The position numbers and the translations under genes were made by a program. Of a stretch of DNA of 64,000 bases, positions 12,950-25,875 are shown piece by piece; within the stretch, counting starts at the first letter, position 1, and every line of letters starts with the position of its first letter. The stretch comes from Heteronotia binoei (Eukaryota): NCBI RefSeq assembly GCF_032191835.1, contig NC_083235.1:46376001-46440000 (forward strand), given 5' to 3'. The notes beneath the pieces are model-generated. The model did no database searches. It worked only from the letters and a program-made list of their open reading frames with translations, and had not been told where the DNA came from.

Positions 12950-13720
12950 CAAGCCCCCTCCCCTCTAATTTTTGTCCGAGAGGTCCTTCCTACCAATAGA
13001 ATACGGAGCGGACTCTTTAAGAAAAGCCCCAGCAGACCTAGACAGCGGGCGCGGTCTCTTAAAGGCCATGCCGAGGGGGAGGGGGGGAAACCGGGAGAAG
13101 CGTCACCTTGGCACCCAAGAGGCGCGCGGCCGCCCTACTGCTGGCAGTCAACAAGGTCATGGCGAGCAGCGACTGAACCGGACGCGGTGGCAGCGAAGGG
13201 GGAACCAGCGGCCGCCTCACAGGAAAAGGGGAAGCCGAAGAGGGCGGCTAAGACCAAGGTTGAAAAGAGGCGGAGGTGGCGGCGGCTAGAAAGGCGAGCG
13301 AGCGGCGCCGGGCAGGGTCCTCGGCGACACGGGCAGCGTCGGCAACGCGAGGCGGAGCAAGCGCGATGAAGGCCCGCCTTATTAACCTAACTTTTTCGCT
13401 TCAGCTGAAAAGCCACGTCCCCTGTGGGGTGTAAGCGCGACGCCATTGGACGGAGTGGTGTGATGGGCGAGGCTTTAGGCTCACGGGTTTGCGGGAAGGA
13501 CACGATAGGGTGGAGACCTGCCGGAGTTTTAGTCGTCTCTGTCAAATGCCTGATAGCTTAGCCTTTTTTTTTTCTGGCTGCTTCCCCACCCCCACCCTCT
13601 CTCGCTGGTGGGGAATATGAGCGTGGCCAACTTTTTCAAAACAGAGCACTTGCCGGTGCTACGCTCTTTAAGAGGTTAAAAAGACATCGAACAGCACCAC
13701 TTCAAGACCTTGATTGTTTG
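12950..13720 (-). promoter_or_regulatory. CS: CpG island and promoter of CS
   Basis: High GC and CpG density around CS exon 1; CCAAT box on the minus strand at about 13443-13447. Confidence 0.8.
13107..13160 (-). CDS. CS: Citrate synthase, first coding exon (mitochondrial presequence MTLLTASSRAAARLLGAK); remaining exons lie left of the window
   Basis: Minus strand reads GCTCGCC ATG ACC TTG...GCC AAG|GTGACG: Kozak context and phase-0 GT donor. Resembles mammalian CS exon 1 (MALLTAAARLLGTK) and sits next to CNPY2 as in mammals. Confidence 0.9.
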
Positions 13721-14030
13721 GGGTTGAGAACTCATTGAACTGCATGGGAATTGCTTCTGAGTAGACTTGCGTAGGATTGGCTTATAAAGTTCCACACCTA
13801 AGCGTAATGACCAGAGAATAAAACCAAACTAGAGACCCCTGGTCCAGCACCTAGGTTATTTTTTGCTACAGCCCGCAATGGGGTAGCATACTACTCTTTC
13901 TCTCTAATGATTTACTTCTGAGGAATCATACTGTAAAGATAGCTGCCCTTCTGTAATTCATGACCTTAATGGCTGACGGTGTCAAAGATGCGAGAATAGA
14001 GCTGGCAATATGTTCTCAAGGGCACACAAG

Positions 14031-14200
14031 ACGACGACGACTGCAGGTTTATACCCCACCCTTCTCTCTGAATCAGAGAGGCTTACAATCTCCTATAATC
14101 TTCTCCCCCCACAACAGACGCCCTGTGAGGTCGGTGGGGCTGAGAGGGCTCTCACAGCAGCTGCCCTTTCAAGGACAACTCCCGCAAGAGCTATGGGTCT
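14031..14200 (-). mobile_element. Squam3-like tRNA SINE, 3' part
   Basis: Reverse complement of the 3' part of 18187-18458 (CCTTGAAAGGGCAGCTGCTGTGAGAGCCCTCTCAGCCCC). Confidence 0.7.
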
Positions 14201-14664
14201 GATTCATCTGCTAAGGTGCTGTTCCCATAGTAAGAACTAGAACCTTGCCTCTGCACAAGTGCCACAAACAACAGTAAAACCCCTCTTTGTATCTAGATCC
14301 TAGAGTAGGCAGAGTGACCACAAATAGGCCCACGTCCTACTTAAAAGTCAACCCCTAAAAACACATATAATTGCAACTAAATGCCTGTAACAAATTTCTC
14401 ACTAACCGGCTAAGGTCATTTACGTCACAAGATGTCACACAATGTTCCCTTCCTATAGCATAGAAGCATAGGGGGTGGGAGATGAACTTTCACTGCATAT
14501 TGTAATGGCATGGAGAGAGATCACAGCAACATCTCAGCATCTCACTGCAGCCTTGAGAAAAGTTAAGGTAATGGATCAATTGTTATGCTAAAAAGGAAAG
14601 ATCAAGGGAATACACTCTAGCAAGGCATACTGGTGGGGAGAAAAAAAATGATCTGTTAAGCTTC

Positions 14665-14860
14665 TCAGTGCCCTGATCTGGATAGCCAGATCTCATCAGA
14701 TCTTGGAAGAAGTGTCAACCCTGGCTAGTCTTTAGATGGGAGACCACAGTATATCAGGTTTGAGATGCAGATGCAGGCAATGGCAAACTATCTCTGAATG
14801 TCTCTTCCTTGAAAACCCTATTGAGTTGTCATGTCAGCTGTGTGATGGCATTTTCCACCA
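14665..14860 (+). mobile_element. 5S rRNA-derived SINE (5S-Sauria-like)
   Basis: Head AGATCTCATCAGATCTTGGAAG...CCTGGCTAGTCTTTAGATGGGAGACC resembles 5S rRNA boxes A and C, followed by a non-5S body. Confidence 0.65.
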
Positions 14861-15276
14861 TCAGGCTTCTCAATGCTCTGCTCTGGCATTTTTGCAGCAT
14901 GTAACAATACATTCAGTACAGTTCTATGGCAAACCTAGAATGAGTCCACTACATGTTTGAGGGCATACATATTTCTGGAAAGGAAACACACCATAGAGAG
15001 CGGCTCCTTAGAGGTGTACAACTGAGTAGTCTACTTCTTTGAAAGCAGGGTTTTTGAGCTTACAAAGGACATACATTCAGGATCTGGTAATGGCCACATT
15101 TATCAAATAGCAAGTATGCCACCTCTTTGTACAATAGCGTGGGGACAACACACAATACAATGCTGATATTGACATAACATCGGATTCCGTCACATAGAAC
15201 AACTGGGATATGTGGGAAGAGAATGCCAATGCAGGAGATATTGCAGAACAAATGCCTTTTATAAGCTGAGCAGCCG

Positions 15277-16234
15277 CATCATAAATGATTTAGAGTTGAG
15301 AGTGAGCAGTGAAGTGGCCAAGTTTGCGGATGACACTAAATTGTTCAGGGTGGTGAGAACCAGAGAGGATTGTGAGGAACTCCAAAGGGATCTGTTGAGC
15401 CTGGGCGAGTGGGCGTCAACGTGGCAGATGTGGTTCAATGTGGCCAAGTGCAAAGTAATGCACATTGGGGCCAAGAATCCCAGCTACAAATACAAGTTGA
15501 TGGGGTGTGAACTGGCAGAGACTGACCAAGGGAGAGATCTTGGGGTCGTGGTAGATAACTCACTGAAAATGTCAAGACAGTGTGCGTTTGCAATAAAAAA
15601 GGCCAATGCCATGCTGGGAATTATTAGGAAGGGAATTGAAAACAAATCAGCCAGTATCATAATGCCCCTGTATAAATCGATGGTGCGGTCTCATTTGGAG
15701 TACTGTGTGCAGTTCTGGTCGCCGCACCTCAAAAAGGATATTATAGCATTGGAGAAAGTCCAGAAAAGGGCAACTAGAATGATTAAAGGGCTGGAGCACT
15801 TTCCCTATGAAGAAAGGTTGAAACGCTTGGGACTCTTTAGCTTGGAGAAACGTTGACTGCGGGGTGACATGATAGAGGTTTACAAGATAATGCATGGGAT
15901 GGAGAAAGTAGAGAAAGAAGTACTTTTCTCCCTTTCTCACAATACAAGAACTCGTGGGCATTCGATGAAATTGCTGAGCAGACAGGTTACAACGGATAAA
16001 AGGAAGTACTTCTTCACCCAAAGGGTGATTAACATGTGGAATTCACTGCCACAGGAGGTGGTGGTGGCCACAAGTATAGCCACCTTCAAGAGGGGTTTAG
16101 ATAATGGAGCACAGGTCCATCAGTGGCTATTAGCCACAGTGTGTGTGTATATATAAAAATTTTTGCCACTGTGTTACACAGAGTGTTGGACTGGATGGGC
16201 CGTTGGCCTGATCCAACATGGCTTCTCTTATGTT
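15277..16234 (+). mobile_element. 5'-truncated CR1 LINE (RT C-terminal part and 3' UTR)
   Basis: Reads INDLELRVSSEVAKFADDTKLF...LEYCVQFWSPHLKKDI...ERLKRLGLFSLEKR*LRGDMIEVYKIM, a classic CR1 RT sequence; ends in a CTTATGTT tail motif. Confidence 0.95.
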
Positions 16235-16930
16235 ATCAGACCACTAGCTTCTGTCTGGGTCCCTTGCTTCATCTGGTCCAGTACCATAACATGCTGCACC
16301 CTTTCCATCACAGTACCAAGTCACACTCGCTAATCCTTCCATTAGCATACACCTAACTATCCTTTAGGCAGCAGATGTATGACAGAGTGCACAGTTCTCA
16401 AGCTGAACCCAACCTTTCCTGTTTGGAAAGGAAAGTTTAAAAGATAATGGGAAGAAAAGGGGGGGGGGGGAGAGAAATGATGAAAGATCAAAGCAGCTTG
16501 GAAATCAGCCACCATTAGAGATGGGGGGGGGAGATGAAAGATCAAAGCAACTATGGAAGTTAGCCACCATTAAAGATAGACACCATACTTGAGGTCAGCT
16601 CCAACAGACTGCAGAAAAGGCATAGTTACTATCAACTGCAGGTCTACTGCTAAGGGCTGGGAGAGAGGGTGTGGAGGAGGCATTGACAGGGATTTCATAA
16701 TACTGGGTACAACAAAACAGCTCTTTTTGGGCAAAGCAAAATTAACATTGCCTGTAATAACAGTCTGCTATATAGATCCAAGTATAACTAAAGGCTGTAA
16801 ATGTACACTGTGTAAATTTATCAAGGCTGTATTTACATTTATTATTTATAAGACTCCAAGGCTGTAGCTCCAACTGACCTTTCTTCACATCCTGAACTAG
16901 GTTGTATTTGGAAGTATTACATTGTCCTGT

Positions 16931-17052
16931 GGGAGCCAGTTTGGTGTAGTGATAAAGAACAGCAGACTTTAATCTGGAGAACTGGGTTGGATTCGCCACT
17001 TCCCCACTTGAAGCTAGCTGGGCAACCTTAGGCAAGTCACAGAACTCTCAAC
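16931..17052 (+). mobile_element. Squam3-like tRNA SINE, 5' part
   Basis: GGGAGCCAGTTTGGTGTAGTG...GGGTTGGATTCGCC head with pol III A/B-box-like motifs, matching 18187. Confidence 0.65.
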
Positions 17053-18186
17053 CTAAAAAATAAGCATAGCTCACTACTAGTGCCAAAAAAGAGCTACAGC
17101 TTTGGCAGCCAGAGCCAGTCCCTCTGAGATCACCTGGATATTCCACACACAATGCCATACGATCATTTCAATTTTACATTGTTCAGTGAACAAAATGTTA
17201 GAATAGAAATGGCTCAGAGTCTGTTTAGTTTTCAGCCATCTCTTTCTTTCTAGAGCCTAGGAGGCTACTTAAAAGGGATGAAGCTGGGCACAAATCAAAG
17301 GAAAATAAACAAGAAGATAAGGCATTCCCACAAACCTCCCAAATATTGATTAAGAAAGCTACAGTAGGCTTACACTTGTAGAGAGATCTTGAAAAACCAT
17401 TGTTATATAGTAATACAAGTTAGTATTTGAATAGCAGTTTGAGTACCCAAAGCATTATACATACATTACTTCAAATAACTGCTCTAAAAGATCAGTATTT
17501 TTACTCATATTTCAGACTGGTAACTGAGGCTGAAAGAATATTTTGCCTAAAGACATCTACAATACCATCCTAACCAGTTACACCCTCCTAAGTCCATTGA
17601 CTTCAATGGGCTTAGAAGTGTGTAACGCCACTTAGAATTGCACTGCTGGTAAATTAATGGCAGAGACTTCCCAATTTAGAGCTCAGTCTTTAAGCCACTC
17701 TGCTTACACTAATTCTCTCCTTCTCCATTTTACCCTCCCGACAAATTTGTGAAGTAGGTTAGACTGAGAGCCGGAAGTCACTGGCTGTCTCATAAAATCT
17801 GTGTCATGCACATCTATTGTCTATCACACATTTATCTTGCCTCTCAAGATTACCCAGTGTGGTTTTGAACCTGGGTCTACAAATCCTAGGCTAGCACTCT
17901 AGCCAATACCCCAAAGATCTGGAGTACAGGACCAGCATCGCAAGATCATGTGCTGTCCTCAGTTAAAAGTTCTTACTCCATTTTTAAAGTCAATATTTGT
18001 TCTTCATTTTGTGCCTTTTTGAAATATTTGCTTAACTGGAATAGGAACAATTTCCCAAGTGGTTAATTATCAAACAAAGAACATAGTAATTTCCTACAAT
18101 GAAAAAAACCCCTTCCCTATTTAATAGCTCCTTTCTTTCTCCTGGGCAAGATACTCTGTGTATTTAATAAACAGATTATTTTCTTT

Positions 18187-18458
18187 GGAGAGCCAGTTTG
18201 GTGTAGTGGTTAAGTGTGCAGACTCTTATCTGGAAGAACCGGGTTTGATTCCCCACTCCTCCACTAGCACCTGCTAGCATGGCCTTGGGTCAGCCATAGG
18301 TTGTCCTTGAAAGGGCAGCTGCTGTGAGAGTCCTCTCAGCCCCACCCACCTCACAGGGTGTCTGTTGTGGGGGAGGAAGGTAAAGGAGATTGTGAGCTGC
18401 TCTGAGACTCTTCGGAGTGGAGGGCGGGATATAAATCCAATATCATCATCTTCTTCTT
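18187..18458 (+). mobile_element. Near full-length gecko-type tRNA SINE (Squam3-like)
   Basis: tRNA-like head GGAGAGCCAGTTTGGTGTAGTGGTTAAG...GGTTTGATTCCCC, body, and (TCT)n tail; several related copies in the window. Confidence 0.8.
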
Positions 18459-18689
18459 TAACTTTGTCAGCATTGTTTTCCCTTTAATATGCTGCACTGT
18501 TGAAAAGTCTCTTTAATTCCACTGTCATGTGAAACAAGAAAGATGAGGTTACTTCTGCTGATGCTGCCCACAAGATTAAAGGAAAAGGAATATTAATACC
18601 AAATAACTGCTTGCAATAATGGTGCTCATACACATCAAACACCAAAACTGTAGAACAGTACAATCATAACCTTCTGGCTCCTCTCACTC

Positions 18690-19520
18690 CACTTCTTGTT
18701 ATCCTTGGCCATAATTATGGGAAGGCATGGCTGTGATAATGATCCTAAAGAAGCCATCCTTAGATCTAGATGATTCTTACCACCTATGGCCAGTCATAAA
18801 TCTCCTCTTTTAAAAGGCAAGGTACTTAAAACAAGTGTTGGCAATTCAACTCCAGACATTCCTGGGTGACACAGGTCCTATTTCAATCTGGCTTCCAGTC
18901 CCATTTTAAGATTGACTCTGCTTTGGTTGCCCTGGTGGCTAACCTCTGTCTGAAGACAGCAGGAACTTACTGTCTGGCTTTCTGCACTACTGACCTTGGC
19001 ATTCTTCCAGATCATCTGCCTACTCACAGATAGGTTAGAGGCATGGGACTTGCTCAACTACCACCTGATGGAAAAATTCCATAAGGCGGTGCTGGGGGAA
19101 TGCTCTATTGTATTTTTATTATTATTAATTCTGCTAGATTCTAATCTTCCCCTCATGTTATTTAACCTCTACATGAAATCGCTGGGTGAAACTAAAATTC
19201 AGTGATGGTAAGACGGGTGCTAATGGTAGGTAGTTTAGTTACCTGACCACAGAGTTACTTCTTTGGCCTGTTTTATTAGATGTTACACTTAACACAGTAA
19301 TCAGGTTCAGGGCTAGTGGGTACTATTAGATACAGCCCTATGGATTCCAAGGTGCCATGAAGTACCTTTTACCAACTTTGGAGTAAAAAAGTGTGACCGC
19401 AATTACACCATTGCCTTGACAGTGCATGCATTGGCTTACAATATATTATACATAGAGCTATGTTTAAAGACATTTGGAAAGTTCAATTGGTTCGGAATAC
19501 AGCACTTAGGCTGTTAACCG
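18690..19520 (+). mobile_element. Degraded L2-clade LINE fragment
   Basis: Residual LKKPSLD and DSALVALV motifs homologous to the fragment at 4240-5900. Confidence 0.6.
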
Positions 19521-19594
19521 GTGCCTACTGCTTCTTGTTCAGCTCAGAATGCCAGTGTGTATGTTAAGTTCCATCAAGTTGTGTCTGACTTAAA

Positions 19595-19965
19595 ATCACA
19601 GAATTGTAAGGGGCCATAGAGGCCATCTAGTCCAGTCCCCTGTTCAATACAGGATCAGCCTAGAGCATCCCTGACAAGTGCTCATCCAGCTGCTGCTTAA
19701 AGACTGCCAGTGAGAGGGAGCTCTCCACCTCCCTAGGTAGCTGATTCCACTGTTGAACAATTCTTACTGTAAAAAAGTTTTTCTTAATACCCACGCTTAA
19801 TTTAAACCCATTATTGCGGGTCCTATCTTCTGCCACCAACAGGAACAGCTCCCTGCCCTCCTCTAGGTGACAGCCCTTCAAATACTTAGAGAGCAATCAT
19901 GTCCCCCCTCAATCTCCTCTTCTCCAGACTGAACATTCCCAAGTCCTTCAACCTTTCCTCATAGG
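19595..19965 (-). mobile_element. CR1 LINE 3' fragment
   Basis: Minus-strand ORF 19660-19896 KYLKGCHLEEGRELF...KKNFFTVRIVQQWNQLPREV is CR1 ORF2 C-terminal sequence. Confidence 0.85.
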
Positions 19966-21517
19966 GTTTGGTTGACTTATGGCAATCTTATAAATTAATG
20001 ACCTCCAAAACGTCCTATCAATAACAGCTTTGTTCAGGTCTTGCACACAAAGGGCCCAGGTTTCCTTTACTGAGTCAATCTCAAGTTGAATCTTCCTCTG
20101 TTCCTGCTGCCTTCAACTTTCCTAGCATAAAATGCTGGTGTTAATATATAAAGTTCTAAACAGAATGAGGTCAGGCTGTCTGAAGGTTCTATTTGCCAAG
20201 CACATCACCTGCCCACACTGTAATCTTAAAGAATGAAATATCAGTATCTTTTTAGCATCCCAGTACAAGTGATAGATGGTAGCTAGTTTATGCTAGAAGC
20301 ATCCTAAACAAACAACTGCAGTTTGTACATTTAAAATTGTTATATGTAGTACACACCTATGCCATCGCTTGAGCAAAAGAAACTAAACTATAAAGTGACC
20401 TCAACCACAGCAAATTCATTTTTCCTGCCCTCACTAGCAGATCTGTGATTTTTCATCAAAGATCTAAAAATAGGTGTTAAATATATAACCAACTTCCCTT
20501 TCAAAACAGAGTGAATACATCATTCTCAGCTCATAGACACCTAATTCCTCTGCTCAATGCAAGCCTCCTTAACAGTAACATATCATTTTGACAAACCAGA
20601 AATGGGGTTTCAAATTTTTCAGTTTATATGCTCAGAATTGAGACTGGGGAAACAGCTTATGGTGACCAGTTGCTCCACAGCCATAATGTGCTCAGTGACT
20701 TGCTATAGGGATGAGCTGTTCTGCATAAATCTTCTACAATAATATTTCCTGGAGACCACTGTCTGAGGTATGGATACCTTCCACATGAGCAGGTGTACCA
20801 AGCAGCAGTCTGTTCTGCTGTCTTAACTGATGTGTGATGCTGCACTGCAGGTATTTGAAGGCAGTCTTGACACTGCTGGCAAAGCATATGCAACCAGCCT
20901 TAACAACTTCTGGTGCTGAGACAGCTAGAAATTGATCCTTCCCTACAATGGCTCCCTCCTAGGACTGATACTGAAGATGTCTGTACAATGGGTTTATCCC
21001 CTACTCAAAGAAGGGTTACTGAGACACAATGAAATGACTTATTACAATAAGATCGTGATAGAACCACACAGGGACACTCTCTCAAGGCACCAACTATTCA
21101 GAGTTAAATCAGAATCCATGAGCGTGTTCCTGGTCCTTTGACTCCAACCTATAGATCAGCCTGTCTGCATACTGTAACGAACACAGACCAACACTACAGA
21201 GACAGATTTGGCTATGCATAGGAAAAAATGGACTCAGAGCCCATAACACGTTATAAAAAGGAAAGATTTCATTAATATTTTTTTAAGTCAAATGACAGAC
21301 AACTTTTCTTTCATTTGCTTTCTGTTTTGTTTTGTTTTTTAAAAAACAAATCTATAAAGTTTTGTATTTTCTTCTGGAGGCACAATCATAGATTGTTTAA
21401 CGTTCTTTGCAAAATGGACAGATGGTGAAAAAAACAGCAGCTGGAAACTGGAAGGTGGTTCTCCACAACGGATAAATTATCCCACAGCATTCATCTGACT
21501 AGTTGAGCCTACGCATG

Positions 21518-21561
21518 TCACAATTCATCATGTGAGAGATGCAAGGCATGGTCACACAAAT
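21518..21561 (-). CDS. CNPY2: CNPY2 last coding exon (DLCDHALHLSHDEL*)
   Basis: Polypyrimidine tract and CAG acceptor, phase consistent with the previous exon, C-terminal HDEL ER-retention signal and TGA. Confidence 0.95.
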
Positions 21562-21635
21562 CTGCAAGAGAAGGAAAAAAAACCAAGTCTGTGATACTTT
21601 GAGGGCAAAATAATCTCATATATGAGGTCCATGGG

Positions 21636-21851
21636 AGCCAGCGTGGGATAGTGGTTAAGCGCGGCAGACTCTAATCTGGAGAACTTGGTTTCATTCCCCA
21701 CTCCTCCAATGAAACCTGCTGGGTGACCTTGGGCCAGTCATAGTTCTCTCAGAACTCTCTCAGTTGTGGGGAGAGGAAGGGAAGGCAATTATAAGCCACT
21801 TTGAGACTCCTCGGACAGAGAAAAGTGGGGCACAGAAGCCAACTCTTCTTC
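21636..21851 (+). mobile_element. Squam3-like tRNA SINE
   Basis: GGGAGCCAGCGTGGGATAGTGGTTAAG head and TCTTCTTCTT tail, similar to 18187. Confidence 0.7.
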
Positions 21852-24363
21852 TTGAAAGCACCAGCCCAGCCACTGTTTCCTTGCACAGATGGTTTTTATT
21901 TTCAGTTGACAGCTCTAGGCACCTGAAGATGTGGTCATCTTCACCCTCCTCAGGGTTACAATACACTACAAAGGAGAAGAGCCACAATCTGCCTCTTTGC
22001 CTAGGAAAACTCCCTGAGACAACTGGCTGCTTCTTCTCCCTTCTCCTAGCTAACTTGGCTTCCCTTTCTGCTCGTGTCTTCTCCCTCCAGCCAGCCCCCT
22101 CCCATTTCCCTTTCCTCTCTTTTTTATAGCCCTACCTTCACACCTGGCCTTTTAGCTAAGTTCCACCTCCTCTTCTCTGTTCCCTGCTCTCCACAGCCAT
22201 GCCACATCTAGAAACACCTGGGCCCAAAGACCCACTGTTCTTCCTTCTACGGTTGCTCACTGCCTCCATACCTTTTGAGCTTCCCTGGGACAGACTGCCA
22301 AAGCTGCCCAGTTGCTGAGGCTACCATACCTGCGCTCTCCTAAATTCTGGTCATGTTGGGTGCTTGCTTGACCCCATTTCTTGAAGTTTTAAGCTCCTCA
22401 TACACTGCTAGAAAGCTACATTCAGTTTAGAGGTCACACACTGTGTGGGCCTATTCATATACAGAGGAAGACCTGGATTCGCAATAGAACCCCACCCCCC
22501 CACACACCAAAAAAAAAGTACGTACAGAGAATGTTATTGTTTGTGTGTATTTCAGGGCGCTATTGCCTCAACATTTTCTTGGGTAGACTTTGAAGATGTT
22601 CTTCCTGTAGCCACCATTTTCCAAGAAGGTGGATATGGTTATTCTGATATTTAAAATTCACTTAGGATGCTCAGTGTCAAAATATAAAGCCAATTCACTA
22701 TAATAGTTGTAGAAACAGCCATTTTCCGGTAGCTACCATTTTGTAAGATGGTGGATCTTTTTTCCACATTCCCTCTAGGCCCAATGAAGTGCATCCACAA
22801 CAACTCCCTTTTATACATGGTTGACATGTATAAAGCTCCATTTATATGGCACCTGCCCACAAGCCTATTTAGCTCAGTCTACTCTGGAAGAAGCTCTCCA
22901 GCAGAGAAAGGTCTTTTCCAGCATGTAATTTACAAGGCCCTTATTAATTGGGAAGACTGGGGATTGAACCTCTGGCCTACTTCAAGCAAGATTATATGCT
23001 CTACCATTCAGCCATGCTTCCCTCCCAAACTTTTCATTACTTTATTTATGTAGACGAAATGTAGAGCAGATGACTCAATTATTAGTTTGGGGGCCACAGG
23101 ATCAACAAACATGGTTCACTTACTTATAAAATCTAGCCATGCTTATGGACAAACATACAATTAATCTAGTTACCAGATAATCATCAAAGCCATTCCTACC
23201 AGTAAACAGGTGATGGATGGCACCCTTATCTTACTGATCTATCACAGGGAAGCACCGCTGTGTTTGCTGTTGCTGGTCAGAAACAGACACTGATCAACGG
23301 ATATAGTCTGGCTGTACTGCCATGGCATGTTTCCTGTACTCAAATCACAGGGGGCAAGGGTCAGGTAGAAACAAGCAGTCAAGTTTGTTGTCCAAAAATA
23401 GCTCAGTGCTACATGCAAGCTTCCTTACAGGTACCCTTGGCAACGTCATTCTTTTGACAGCCAATGAAAGTCTTTGAAAAAAGAAAGAAGGAAGGAAGGA
23501 GAGATGTTCTTATTGGTCTGTTCTCTTGGCTCCAAGAAAATAATTGACAGAAATTAAAAGGGGAAATAAAAAATCTTCAACAGTTGTAAAAGATAGAATA
23601 CAGCTGCCAGCATCTTGTTTTCTTCATACGTTAGTAATTCTAGTGTTTGAGATGCTCAGACCTTTCTGGCAGAGGCAGGTTTCATTTATTTTCAGTATGC
23701 CAGAATTTAGTTTATGGGATGTCTGAATTCATGTATTTGCAATTGGCTGACAAACCATTATCAGAAGTTTGCACAATGTCTGAATTTCTAAGACTGTGGC
23801 CATACTGCCTCCAGAGGCTGCCACTCCACAGAAGAAGCAGTAAAGCTAATTACATTAAAGACAGAGAATTAAAGTAGTGAAGCAACTTAAAGCCAAGGTT
23901 TCTGTTGTATGTTTGGAGGCTCAAATCATGGTTTGGATTCTGAATTGGGCTAGCCTGGCTTGGTATGCTGTAAGTACAGAGGCACAGGCAGACAATGCAC
24001 AGGAGAGAGCTAAAACTTTTAAAATTTTAGCTGACAATTTCTACTTATTGCCTAACAGGACATTTTTCAAACTAACTTGTTAGAAGAGTCCTATGCAACT
24101 CAATTTTCCCCAAGAATAAATAAATCTTAATGAGTTAACTCTGTATATGAATACATGGTTCTGAAGAACACAGCATCCTTTACTTATTTTTACACAATGC
24201 ACACGACACTCCAGCAGCCTTGAATTCACTTGGTGGCACTGGACTATCTTCCCAACAAGGTGACAGGGCAATGGAGTTCCACCCCATGAGGGCCTGGGCA
24301 CACCAGCTGGCTTGGAACCTGCCTCATGTCCAAGCTGGCCATTCTTGAATCCCACATGCTCAC

Positions 24364-24460
24364 CTGTGCGTTTGCTGCACAGCCGGTCCTTCACATTTTC
24401 TGCCTCATGGGAGAAGAACTCTATGAGCTCATCTTCGTATTCTTCGGCTATACTCTCGCA
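24364..24460 (-). CDS. CNPY2: CNPY2 coding exon 4 (CESIAEEYEDELIEFFSHEAENVKDRLCSKRT)
   Basis: 97-nt exon with AG/GT boundaries; peptide matches recalled CNPY2. Confidence 0.95.
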
Positions 24461-25106
24461 CTGCACAGGAGAACCAAAGAAATCAGTCAAGCAAATCTGC
24501 TGCCAATCCCACAGGCGCACTAGACCCAGCCAATCATAAACAGAACTAATACTAGGATCAAGACTACTTTTGTAACTCTCCTCTTATGACTGTAAAATGG
24601 AAAGTACTCAAAAGTCAAACTGAGTCTGCCTGTGGATGAGCAAAAGTCCACTGGATTGGATATTATCATATTGATGTCATGGCTTCTCTCCTTCCACAAG
24701 CAGACATCTTGTTAGTTATATATGGAAACTAAATATAAATGCCCTTATAGCCACCATAATGAATGCTCCCTTGCTAAGCAGGCTGATTATGTGGGTATAT
24801 GAGTGGTGCTTATGCACTGGTTCCTGCAGCAGTCTGCCTTGAGCCTCAACAAGAAAGGCAGAGAACAAATGAACAAAAAAAATTATTAAAGATGCTGCAG
24901 GAACATGGGTGGTGACAAAGAAATTTGAAATAAATGTAGCTATTTGATTCAAACCTCCCTCCCAACAAAAAAAATGTTTAGATTGTACAGAAGAAGAGAC
25001 CACACAGAACCTAAGAATACTCCAGAGAAATCTATGCAAATCTTGAGGGGGCTAAGCTCCTTGAAATGTAAACTACAGACTGTCATAGCAGCTGGTCTTC
25101 TTGTAT

Positions 25107-25388
25107 GTGGCCAAACTTGCTTAACATAAGAGCCACACAGAATAAATGTCAGATGTCTGAGAGCCGCAAGACATTAACGTCAGGTGTTTGGGAGCTGCAA
25201 GACATGAACATCAGGTGTTTGGGAGCTGCAAGACGGGAGGGAGGGAAGGAAGGAAGGAAAATAGATGAGGGAGAGGTTGAAAGAAAGCAACTTTAACTTT
25301 AAACACATTCTCCAAGCTGCCAGCCAACAGGGCAGTGGGGGCTTCAAGAGCCACATGCGGCTCCCAAGCCACAGTTTGGCCACCTCTG
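25107..25388. mobile_element. hAT MITE (same family as 36183-36494 and 47895-48189)
   Basis: Shared body AAGAGCCACA...GAGCCGCAAGAC and terminal GTTTGGCCACCTCTG; left TIR damaged. Confidence 0.7.
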
Positions 25389-25677
25389 TTGTATACCATC
25401 TATTGTGCCCATCCTTTGCTGTCCCATGTCCATAACATATCTTGTAAACCAAGGAGACAGCCCAAAATGCTAGCTTTAGTTATACTGCAACTAATTTACT
25501 ACATAAAATTTGTTAAGATATCAGGTACTTGTCACAGTGGTGCATTCCATACACGTAACAAGTGAACGACAGCATTAAGTTCCCGAAAGGAAGAGATCCT
25601 ACCAAGGATCCAACTAAGATCTCCTTTTTCCAGATGCCAAGACTTATAACAGCCAGCTGTTACACTACATTACTCAC

Positions 25678-25875
25678 CGCAAATTTCAGGCTCGACGTCA
25701 CATCACCATCAAATTTGGTTTCAGAAAGGTCCATTTTAGTTCCATCATGAGAGATAACTCTTACATAGCTTTTACGATTGGTGGATGGATCCACCTTCTC
25801 TCCATAATCTTTCATGTTCTCACAAATACGCTCCAGCAATTCTGTCAGGTGAGCTTCAGACCTGGCATAGGGGAC
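25678..25875 (-). CDS. CNPY2: CNPY2 coding exon 3 (VPYARSEAHLTELLERICEN...SSLKFA)
   Basis: 198-nt open exon with TAG acceptor and GTGAGT donor; matches the CNPY2 saposin-like domain. Confidence 0.95.

Noticed and set aside
1-13100. Search for CS exon 2 (NASCLVLAARHAS-like)
   Set aside because: No matching exon found by eye; it probably lies left of the window.
12854-13369. 171-aa plus-strand ORF antisense to CS exon 1
   Set aside because: A low-complexity, Arg/Ala-rich product expected from a stop-poor CpG island; no recognisable domain.
14870-15270. Coding-looking sequence immediately upstream of the CR1
   Set aside because: All frames are interrupted by stops, and I could not assign it to any family.
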